From Ylistrum balloti (lineage: Eukaryota), in the NCBI RefSeq assembly GCF_031769215.1, contig NW_026781889.1, forward strand, positions 1,550,001 through 1,614,000: DNA of 64,000 nucleotides, in the 5' to 3' direction. Made by a program: the position numbers and the translations under genes. Position 1 is the stretch's first letter; each line of letters starts with the position of its first letter. Under the pieces are notes generated by a model. It saw nothing but the letters and a program-made list of their open reading frames with translations. It was not told the origin of the DNA and searched no databases. Of this stretch, positions 37,693-49,600 are shown in pieces.

Positions 37693-40600
37693 GTAGAACT
37701 TGTACCAAATTCAAGAAAACCAAGAACCATTTAAGCGGGTTGACAATTTGGATGAGAAATATTCATTTTTGATATAAAGATGAACCTACTGATCTTATTT
37801 GCTTTCTATAACAAGCCTTGATGCAGTATTTTTGGGTCTGTGCATACAAACCTTTGCACGGCCGCCCCAACTTATTCCAGATATGCAGCCCAGATATTCT
37901 CCCATCATTCACCGATTAGTTTTCCATTATAAAACCACTAATTTTTGTGGGGATATTGTATTTAATTAATACTTAATGTTCATTGAAGAATATGTCAACA
38001 AAATCATAAACTGTTAAAACTGACATTAATTTTATCTCTGTTGAATTTAGTGAGAGCTGTTTATCCATCAAGTGCCAACTAAGCAGTGATCATTTTGGAA
38101 AACAAAAAATGGAAATATCTGATTGTACACCTGTAACACTAGTACCAATTTATAGCTAGTTCAGACTAGTCAGGTGACCAGTACATGCTTCCTAGTTCTT
38201 TTACACGTCCAAGGGTAAACAAAAGCTATACAGCTGTCATTGCAGTGGTAAAAATTGTAGCAAATGGCTGGCATCCAGTATCTTGCCTAGAATACCATTG
38301 GGCCATGTTGCTTTTTAAAACTTCAAGTATTTTGTAACGAACAGCATCAGAATGCTGTTCACTTGAGACCTATTAAGTTTTGCAAATTCTCCAATACTCT
38401 AGAAAATCAAAAATCAAACATTTTTTGTTGGTTTTGTTTTTTTAGCTTTTTGAATCAAGTCGATGGTACATGTTCATTGTGAGAAATGGCCGACCATTCC
38501 TGGAAATTTATGAGAAGGAGCAGAGCGCATTCTCAGGGCAACCTATGACATCATATGAACTAAGCTCATGCTACAAAATTACATACACCCTCGGAAGAAC
38601 GAGTAAAGCTTGGACCTTCTGTTTGTTTCTAGAAGAACGGGTCTTGGAAATAACTGCAGAATCAAGGTATCAGTCAAGATGAAATAAAAATTTACCTGTC
38701 AGGCTTCTAGCTCAGGGCAAGAGTTTTTTTACAATTCAATACAGTCTATTTTCCAAATCTCTTAATAGATTTATTTTTTGTTTTACATTTAGATTGAATT
38801 AGAATTAATTTCTAATTTTGCATTATAACCTTCTACTATTAGTTGCTGAGTGTATTAATCATGCCAAATTCTGTCAGTAGATACTCCATCCTCAGGTAAA
38901 GATCTGTTATGTGTGGTTCAAGAATCCCATCCTCAGGTAAAGATCTGAGGTATGGGGTTCAAGGATCCCATCCCCAGGTGAAGATCTGTGGTGTGGGGTT
39001 CGAGGATCCCATCCTCAGGTGAAGATCTGTTGTGTGGGGTTCAAGGATCCCATCCCCAGGTGAAGATCTGTTGTGTGGGGTTCAAGGATCCCATCCCCAG
39101 GTGAAGATCTGTGGTGTGGGGTTCAAGGATCCCATCCCCAGGTAAAGATCTGTGGTGTGGGGCTCAAGGATCCTATCCTCAGGTAAAGATCTGTGGTTCT
39201 GAGTTCAAGGATCCCATCCCCAGGTAAAGATCTGTTGTGTGGGGTTTGAGGATCCCATCCCCGGGTAAAGATCTGTGGTGTGGGGTTCAAGGATCCCATC
39301 CTCAGGTGAAGATCTGTTGTGTGGGGTTCAAGGATCTCATCCCCAGGTGAAGATCTGAGGTATGGGGTTCGGATCCTCCAGGTGAAGATCTGAGGTATGG
39401 GGTTCGGATCCTCCAGGTGAAGACCTGAGGTATGGGGTTCAAGGATCCCATCCTCAGGTTAATATTTGTAGTTGATCGCTTCCTTGGGCAAGACACTATA
39501 AATTGATTAAACAACTAAGTCACAGTCAGTTTAAGATTTTTCCAGCTATATCAAATGTTTTGTAATATTGCAGGGACCAGATGTTGGATTGGTGCCGAAA
39601 TTTAGAAAGGACTTTGGTGCATTATGGAAAAATTGTAAGTTATTGGAAGAGGAGAATTTCTCATTGACTCAGTTGCACATTGAACAAATATACATATATC
39701 TATTAAAAATACCCTAGCTGTCAAGACATTTAAAAGGGAATCTTTGTATTTGATTCAAAAATACAAATGTACAGTATTTTGAAATGTCAGTACATCAGCT
39801 TATGTCATTATGAGGAGCCTTAGATTGCACTCTGTTGAATTTTCATTTGAATTTTACTACAATCCATAGCAGTTTAAAGAACTTTGACATTTAGTGAAAT
39901 CTTCTATAGAACAATTAAGGAATCTTTGATATTATGAGAATAATAAAGACTAGAAAATAATGAAGGAAAAACACCAAAGTTTTGTAGAGTGTGTTAGACG
40001 GAAATGATTAAGGACCCAAAGTAGCTTAGCTGATAGGAATTTAATCTTCATGCCAGATTAGATTCAGTGATATTCACATTATATCAATTTTATTTGGCAA
40101 TAACCTTATACAGTAATAAGCCCTTCTCCTGATTTTCAGTCAAAAGTAATGTCTTAGCCTATGGGTCTGTTGCAAGATAAATTCTGTAAATGAAAGTCAT
40201 AGTTCCCCAGGTTGTGGGAGGTGTGGGATCTCATAGTTTCCCTGGTAGTAGGAGGTGTGGGACCTTATAGTTTCCCTGGTAGTAGGAGGTGTGGGACCTT
40301 ATAGTTTCCCTGGTAGTGGGAGGTGTGGGATCTCATAGTTTCCCTGGTAGTAGGAGGTGTGGGACCTTATAGTTCCCCAGGTAGTGGGAGGTGTGGGACC
40401 TCATAGTTTCCCTGGTAGTAGGAGGTGTGGGACCTTATAGTTTCCCTGGTAGTAGGAGGTGTGGGATCTCATAGTTTCCCTGTTAGTAGGAGGTGTGGGA
40501 CCTTATAGTTTCCCTGGTAGTAGGAGGTGTGGGATCTCATAGTTTCCCTGGTAGTAGGAGGTGTGGGACCTTATAGTTTCCCTGGTAGTAGGAGGTGTGG

Positions 40601-43600
40601 GATCTCATAGTTTCCCTGGTAGTAGGAGGTGTGGGATCTCATAGTTTCCCTGGTAGTAGGAGGTGTGGGATCTCATAGTTTCCCTGTTAGTAGGAGGTGT
40701 GGGACCTTATAGTTTCCCTGGTAGTAGGAGGTGTGGGATCTCATAGTTTCCCTGGTAGTAGGAGGTGTGGGATCTCATAGTTTCCCTGGTAGTAGGAGGT
40801 GTGGGATCTCATAGTTTCCCTGGTAGTGGGAGGTGTGGGATCTCATAATTCCCCTTGTAGTGGGAATTGAGGGATCTCATAGTTTCTCGAGTAGTGGGAG
40901 ATGTGGGCTGTCATAACTTCCCTGGTAGTAGGAGGTGTGGGACCTTATAGTTTCCCTGGTAGTGGGAGGTGTGGGCTCTCACAGTTTACCTTGTAATGGG
41001 AGATGTGGAATCTCATAGCTTCCCTGGTATGGTAGTGGGAGGTATGAGATCTCAAAGTTTCCCTGGTAGTGGGAGATGTGGAATCTCATTGTTCCCCTGG
41101 TAGTGGGAGGTGTCAGATCCACAAGGTCATAGTTCCCATGTTGTTAGTAATTGTGGGGTCCAATATGTGAAACAGTGAATTTCTTAATTGATCCTGAACT
41201 TATTTGTTCCTCTAGATTCTTAGGGTGAGACTAGATCTACATGCCTTAATCCAGCAACTCTGCCCTATCCTGCAATCTTCCCCATCCCAACCAATCAAGT
41301 ACAGTACCAGGTACTAACTTCATGTGATAATTTGGAATAAAGAATCCCTTGGCTGTAGTTCTACAGGACAAAACAAAAGGGTACAAGAAGGATAAATGTT
41401 GATAGCAATAGCTGTTTTCTGAAGTAAAACATTTAAACCTAATTTATAGAGCATCTTTGGGTCAATGGGAGGTGAGTAGAGCCAGGATTCAGGGCAAATT
41501 GTCAAAACACGTACTGTATTTATTCTCCACTATGCCCAAATAGGCCACACGTAACCTATGACACATTGTTATGGTTGGGTTATTTCTGGGAGGTTCAATT
41601 GATTTTGTTTGCAATTCTGTTAAATGATAATATGTAGATTTATGTGGAATTATTAACAACCATCCCTTTATTACTGGGTAAAAATAGCAGTGAAAACTAA
41701 AGAAAATGAAAGTTGATTCAGAATTTTGGATCATTAATTGTAATTAATCTAAGCCTTTCATTTGCCATTGTGCTTCGTCTGTTGTTGTCCACCATGCGCC
41801 ATCCACCATCCGCCATGCCCATCAGCCATCCGCCATCCACCATGCATTAACTTTTGACATTTCAAGCTTCATCTCAAGTTCCACCAGTGCGATTGAGCTC
41901 CAACTTGCATGAAATGATCCTGAAAAACATATTTTAGATTTCTCCACCAGTTCCACTGGCACCATTGAGCGATAAATTGGTAGATATGTTCAGGAAAGGT
42001 AGCCAACAAAGTGTTGTTATTTTTCAACCCTGTCAAAACTTCAACAGAGCAGCTAATCCTGGTTTTCCTGTGCAACACTTATTTCAAACTTCTTAAGTTT
42101 CACCAGTTGGATTGAGCTCCATCTTCATTGTCAAATAAAACATAACATTTGTTACAGTTACCTACTCCTCACTAAAACTACCATCTGCATCATGGAAAAC
42201 AGCTTCTTAGTAAGATTTCATTCAAAATAGAAAAAAATAACTCTTCTCCCTGCTGAAAGTTTTTGTAGTCAGATGACTGTTAAGGCCCATGGGCCTCTTG
42301 TCTTGACTTATTATACATTTTCAATGTATTTTTATCCTACTGTGAAATCATATATTTTTATGGGACACAATTTTTGAAAAAAAAATTTTCATAGAAACTT
42401 GATTTCCCTGAGAAACATAGTTCAGTAAAACCATTTTACTAATTTTTTGAACAGTTTGTTCACCAATGAATTTATGGATAAAGGAATACCCACAAAATCA
42501 ACTAAAATAAATTCTCAACGAATATTTTTACAGCTGTGGAATTCAGTCAAGACAAGGCAGGCTTTTCTGTCTCTTTATCAATGGGCTCACCACAGATACA
42601 GAGCAATTTAATACAGATGCAATTTAAGATGATGCATTATAAAAAAATTGGCAGAATGTGAGTTCGATAGTACAATAGCTGGTAATACAATCAGAATGTA
42701 AAAAAAGACACACAGATGAATAGCACTTTTACTACAAATTTAGAATAAGATCACAGTAGAGTCAATAATAAATAAAACTGCATCTTAAAGCCATCTTGTT
42801 ATTGTAAGTGCATGACGCTAAGAGCCTAACTTTTGAAACCTAGAAAGGGACTGAGTGAAATTTAAAAAAATCAAATTGAATATCAAAGTGGGGTGGGGCA
42901 GCTACAACAGCTTTATGACAATTGTGTCATAATATATTTTTGGTTTTCATTACAGAAACAGAGCACGGACCATGTGTATGTGGAATATCCAGTCCGGTAT
43001 ACACCAAAAAAAACGGGTCTGGAACAGGAAGCAGCATTAGAAGCTGGTGCATCAGCTTCAGTTCAAGATCCACAGAACCCTCAGAACCATACTGGAATAC
43101 CTGAACCTACTGAGGAAGATTACCAAGACTTTCTGGAATTGATTGATCACATGAGTGATGATGATGATGATGTAGATGTTGATAGTGAAGAAACCAATTT
43201 GAAGACTGAAGCATCTAGAAACATTCCCAGTCCTCAAAGTCCTGAAGTTCCAACCAAACTTAAAGGTATCACAATTGTTCTGTTTTTTTCTGGTAAGAAA
43301 TTAAAGCCATGCTTAGTGATAAGCCCACATATATGTCTCCTGCATTTCAGTGGCATCATCAAAAAAGATTATTTTATTGTCTGACTTTGAGTTTGAGTTT
43401 ATGTTTTGGACAAAGGGTTAACTGTGGTTGAATAGGGGACCTTGTGAAAGATGCAGATCCCTAAAGTAATCTGGTTATCTGGCTGTCTGTCCAACCTCAC
43501 TCAAGTATACTTGTTGGTTACACTCAGTTAAAGGTCTCATGTACACTTGTAGTGTGAGTCATTTTTCATAAATCACTATTCCATTTAAATTTATTTCCTA

Positions 43601-46600
43601 GAGCAATGAAATAAATCTTCTTCAAATTTGGTTTCATCTACAATTCTGAATTGGACCTCAATGTATAAATGCTTTTTTTAGTGACAGAATGAGCAAAAAA
43701 TTGATGAATTTGAAGAATTCAAATATGAATGGACAAAAGATTGCACACCACAAGTGAAGTTCTGTTGGGTCAATTGCACTCAAACTTTACCCAATGTTAC
43801 ATCAAAGGAAGTGCTTGTGTGGGAGTGATTTTGGATTCTGAGGTCAAAGGTCAAGGTCACTATGAACACCGATAGAGAAATTGATTTCTTCAAAATATCT
43901 TCAGTTCTGTTTGATTGATTCCGTTCAGACTTTCTCCATTACTTCTTCACCAGAAGTGAAAGCTTTCAATCTTTTCATCTTCAGAAGTCAAAAGTCAAGA
44001 TGACCCTACAGAGGTGTCCAATTCGGAATTTTTTCCACTAGCCCAAGGGCTAGTGAACCATTTTTTCTTACTAGACCTGATCAAAACCATTACCCCTACT
44101 TTTGGAATTTTTCAATTAACTCTAAATGCTGTTTTATCTTTAATAGACCATTTTCTCAACAGAATTAATTACATCTGTGTTGTTCAATAAAGCATTAAAC
44201 ATATATGAGTTATACTGTTTGTCTAGTTTCTGTGCAATAAGTTGACAATTAACATGAAAGAAATTAATTGATATACATTGTACATGTATACCACAGGTAA
44301 AGCGAGTCACCCTGAACTTCTACTTCTTAGATGAGTGCAGTTTATTCTTTCTCATTTTGAGTGGGTAAACCTTAAGGCAGCAAATTATACATTGGATCTG
44401 AACTATTGGTGCTAATATCAATGAAATTGTTACTCTTCTATTTCTCATAGGGAAATATATGTATTTTTATTTATATATTTCCAATATTTGAAGTATAGAG
44501 CAGACAAAACTACTGAGAAAGGTATATTTCAGAAGACAATGTTGTAAACATCTGTCAAGTATACACATCTTGTGTGATGTAACACCTATCAAAGCAGTAG
44601 CACTAAGCATGAATGATCTTGTTTCAATTTCAACAGCACCAGAATTTTTTTAATTTATAATTTAGAACCATATATCCAACAATCAGTGACATGTTCACGT
44701 ACTGTCCCTTAATATATAATAAAACAAATCCAAATTATCCCTGCATATCAGTAAACTAGCACTTACATCTGGGTCACTCCTAGGCTTGAATTCTTAAATC
44801 CATCTATGACATAACCAAGCATTTGATATGACTAGATGAAGGTATTCTTTATGTTTGAGAATCTTGATGGACCAATGGAAACCACCTGTGATTGTAAAAT
44901 TTTAATACTCTGACCAATGTGTACAGAAACAGTTTGGCTTGTAACACAGATTACAGATAAATTTCACTAGCCCACTGGCTAGTCAGTGTCATGGAACATC
45001 TAGCCCTCACCTGATAATCACCAGCCCGGGTGTCCGGATAGTTGAATTGAACACCCTGCCCTACTATAAAGAGGATTGGAATAATAAAAATTACACCATA
45101 ATGGAATATTATTGGTGAATATTATCTATGGCACAATACAGCATAACCGACTGAAACCAGATGAGAAGTCACCTGATCAAAGGCCAAATCACTGGGCTAA
45201 AGGTCAAGGTCAAATTTGAATTATCTTCCTGGCAGCTTTTTTGATATAATGAAACAATATTGACTGAAATCAAATGAGAAAATGGCCAATAACTTGTCAG
45301 GGTCATCATGTAAAAGGGGAACACTAATTATGATACATTTCAAGCACAAATATTAATGGTCAAATGTCAACGTCAAAGACATATTTTTTTACTAAATATC
45401 TTGTTATAACTAAATGAAATGTGATTAATTGAAATCAAATGAGAAGTCACCCAAATAAAGGTCAAGGTCACTAAGTCAAAGGTGAATGTCAAATTAAAAT
45501 GTTTTGTTTATATTTCAAATGAGTTAATCTGATAAGATTATTTGCTAATTCTGAATAATTAAAATTTTTCCATAGAAATATCAGAATATCACAAACCTTA
45601 GTTGTTAAGCCTCAGTTGCCATAGTGAGAGAATAGACACAAGACTAAGGTGGTTCATACATGATGGTACTGATACCAATCAAAGAAATACATATTATTTA
45701 TTAAAAAACAAAGCATTTATCCACCCTAAATCTACCAATTATTCAAAAGTACAATAAAAGTAAGGAGTTTTATTTTGCTGCTTTTTAATGTGGCAATTCC
45801 CATATTCTTGTTACATTCTTTAAGAAAATTGATTATCCAAGAATGTTTTATACTTTCAGATTATGTTCAAAGTGCCCAGGGGGCTGAGGGTGGTAGCTCA
45901 GTAACTGCTGATAAAGACAGTAGTGACAATGAAATGGATACGTCGGAGGATGATTTTGTTACCCCAGACTTCTGGTTGTCCAATAAACTTCCTCCAGTAC
46001 CTCGGAGATCAGACTCGCACCAATTCCACACTTCTACTAGACCATTGTCAGAACAAATCCATGCTATGACATCATCTGTACCACCTTTACCAGCCAGAGG
46101 TAGATCTTACATAGAGAAAGGACCCACATTTATCAGTAGTGCTGTTGTAAATGTTGATTCTGATTTAAGAGCACCGCCTCGAAGAAAATACCAGGAAAGT
46201 AATTTACTGGTTAAAGGATTAAATAAAACTGCATCAAAATCAGTGAGTGAAGATAATGTTTCTGTGCGTTCTCCTCTTGTCACTTCTAATGCTGATGATA
46301 TAGAGGACTTGGATGATGGGTATGATAATGTTGTCGAACTTAGGAAGTCAAATTCAGATAGTGCAGCCACTGACCCTTGGGTTCGCAGCTTGGAAAACAA
46401 TGATGTAAACAGTAGAAAATCTACTCTAAAAGCATACGATGATGCACAGTTGTTTGTTCATTTGCCGAGTAAGGGTGATGATTATGAGGACAATTATAGT
46501 CTTAGCACGCCTACTCCAGAAGACAACTTCAACTTTGATTGTACACAAAAGCCTGCATCACACACTTCCTCAGGTGATGAGGAGAGTGTCCTTAAAGGTA

Positions 46601-49600
46601 ACAAACCAGATTTAGATTCTGCTGCAACTGGTGTTAAACAGATGACTTTAGGTGGGAAAGATGAAAATTATAATTTATGTGATAAAAATGCTCATGGGAA
46701 AAGTGCTTCCCCAGATGAACTAATCGCTTCAAATCTTTATGACTTTGGTAAAAGTTATGTAGTCCAAGAACCTATCAATGTAAGGGCGGAAAACATCTAT
46801 GACTTTGCCCGATCTGAGAACACCCTTGTCCACACTCCAATTCCCACCTCCTCACAGTCTAGTCAGCGGTCTAATATGGTTGTCCATCCACCAACATTTC
46901 CTACTTGTGGTCGGACAGAATTCAGTGAGTTTGACTCATTGTATTCCATTCCTAAGTCTGCCAAGCCTGTAGCTGGCCTTTCAACAGAGGAAGTATTGCG
47001 TCCTGTTCGACCACCAAGACGAGTTACTCCAGAATCTGCGCCAACTTTGTATTCAGCTCCACAGAAACGAACGTCAAAGTCTCATAGTAGTTCGTCCATG
47101 GCTGATGCTGAACCTCCTGTAGCCTTGTATTCTGTACCTCAGAAAAAAGCTTCAAAGTCTCACAGTAGCTCTTCCATGGAGAATTCATGTGAAAATTCAA
47201 AGTCTTCTACAACACCTAAGACGAAATCTATGGATTCCTTCCTAGCACCAAAACCTCCATCTCTGGATACTTTACCGAGCCAAAAACCCCCTTCATTAGA
47301 AAGGGTGACCTGTCCAGTGCCACCTTCTTTAGAAACTCTACATTCTCAAAAACAGACGTCTGTGACTTCACCTAATCGGCGTAGCCCAATTTCTATGCGA
47401 CCATTGCCTTCATTACCAACAAACTTTGATAGTAGTAACGATATGCAAAATAAACTGCTCTCATCAACAAAAGCAGAAAGAGCAACTTCTCCATCGCATG
47501 ATGGATTTACTTTTAATTTCGTACCTGATGCTGAAACCAACTCAAAAAGCAGCACAAGTTCTTCATCTGGATCTGGTGAATCAAAGGAGGAGGATGCTGA
47601 ACCGGTTTATGAGGATGCAACTGGAAGGAATTCAAACCCTCCACTGCCTCCAAAGAGAAGTTTAAGAAGGAATGCGAACCGTTCTGTTAGTGTTTACATT
47701 CCAGGCAAATCAGGCGGCACACAAACTACGAGGCTAGATCCTCCACAGAGGTCGGAGTCTGTCGACGACCAAGCCATATCTCGTCCTACAGGTATGAGAT
47801 TTTTCTTTGATCATCTAGCATGCTTGAAATATGATCATGTTCGGATGATGCAGTGATAATGTATTCATCTTTCACTTAACATGGTTGTATTCCCCAGGAC
47901 ATGAAAAGGTAATAAGGTCACCTAGCAAACTATTGGTTTTCCTTTGGATGATTGGTTCCCCCTATAGTAAGACCTATTGAGCACTTCCATCTGGGCCAAC
48001 AAGATTGCTTAGTATAAGATGAACACATTGTTTCCCAATTAGTCAAATGGGGTCATGAGGAAGTTAAAGTAAGTCTGTGAAGGCCTGTTTATAATGCATC
48101 ATCCTTCATAAGAATTTCCCTATTGCTGTTCCTGTTAGTAGACCAAAAAGTCTAGTGTATAGATGGAGGGCAAACATGTATTTCTGATAACTTTGATGAT
48201 TTAGTTTGATTTTCACAAAATTTGTTTACATATTTCTGGTAATTAATATGAAGTGAGAGTGTGACCCTTTTTTTGGAGCAAAGAGGCTCTTGGGTAGGAA
48301 AACTTAGTGTAGTGAAATCTAGGGGAGTTATCTCCCTTACAGCCAGACATCTGATGATATAGCAAAATAGCAGATTTTAATTTCGGGGGAAAGTTTGTCA
48401 ACCACATGAAGTAAACAGAAAATAGTTCCACAACAATATTATTGTCTTATTTTATTTTAGTAAGATCTTTATAAATGTTTTTATTTCCATTCACTTATTG
48501 CTTGACTTTTCTAGTTCATACAAAATGAGTTCATAAATTCAAAAAATTACTGCATTGTACAGAGATCAAGCTTCCTTTGCACCGAACTTGACATTTACCG
48601 AATTATAAACATAGATTTTTTTGGTAAGGCCAGACAGTGAATACACATCGGGAATGTAAATAATGATGAAGAAAATGGACAGTCTGTAAGAAATCTTATC
48701 AAGAGTGAAAATGATGTCCACAGACAGATAGATATTACTACATGTTCTGCTAGTTATCACATTTCCTCCTGGTAAGTAGAATGTGATATTAAGCGGGTTT
48801 CACTGATCATCTTCTGTTGTGGTTTTTTTCTTAGACAACACAGTTACAACTGTACTGTCTTTGGATGGCATGTATGGGCCTCCCATCAGTTGCTTAGTGA
48901 AGTAGCAACCAGCTACTACATTGTCTAAGGATAACATTGACTGTTGATAACAGATTGAAAGATATCAATCAGATAAAGAGGAAGAAGTCTATTTTAAAAT
49001 TTCTTCATGAGATGCAAAGATGTAATCACATCACCTTACATGGTGTCACCTGATAAACATTCAAAGTTTTCAACTAATTTAAAGCCTGTGGTACTTTTCA
49101 GTGGGAAGGCAAATGTCCCTTACAGAAAGGCAGCAGATTCGACAGTCTTCAGCTGCCATTGTTGTAGTACCTTTAAAGCAGAGTCAAGTGGATTTGCTAA
49201 ATGAAGAGCAAAAATTACATGGAGTAGGACTTGATATAAGTCCAAAATCAGCACATGCAATTGCACTTATTGAAATGTTCAATGGAGTCTGGTACGTATG
49301 TATAGGTCCATTCAACTACATAATATATTGATGTCACAATAGTTTCATGTCTAATAAGGCCAAGGAAAAAATATTTCTGTTGTCTGGTAACCCGACATCA
49401 GATTTTGAGGCAATTTTTTAAAGTGGCACTGTCTAAAGCAAAATCTCTTTCAATATTAACCACATAAAATTATTTGTTAAAATGACAAAATTTGCCTTTC
49501 TACATACCTGCCCTAAATGTTTTCCAAGATGTTATAGTAAATACATATGATTTTTTGGTTAGGCAGAAATGCTTGTCAGCTAAGCGAACCCCTCAACATT

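Noticed and set aside
38667-43272. GTATC-starting donors as U12 introns
   Set aside because: They read GTATCA, not GTATCCTT, and no U12 branch sites were seen.
46107-47665. Antisense and alternate-frame ORFs overlapping the large exon
   Set aside because: Expected shadows of a long coding exon.
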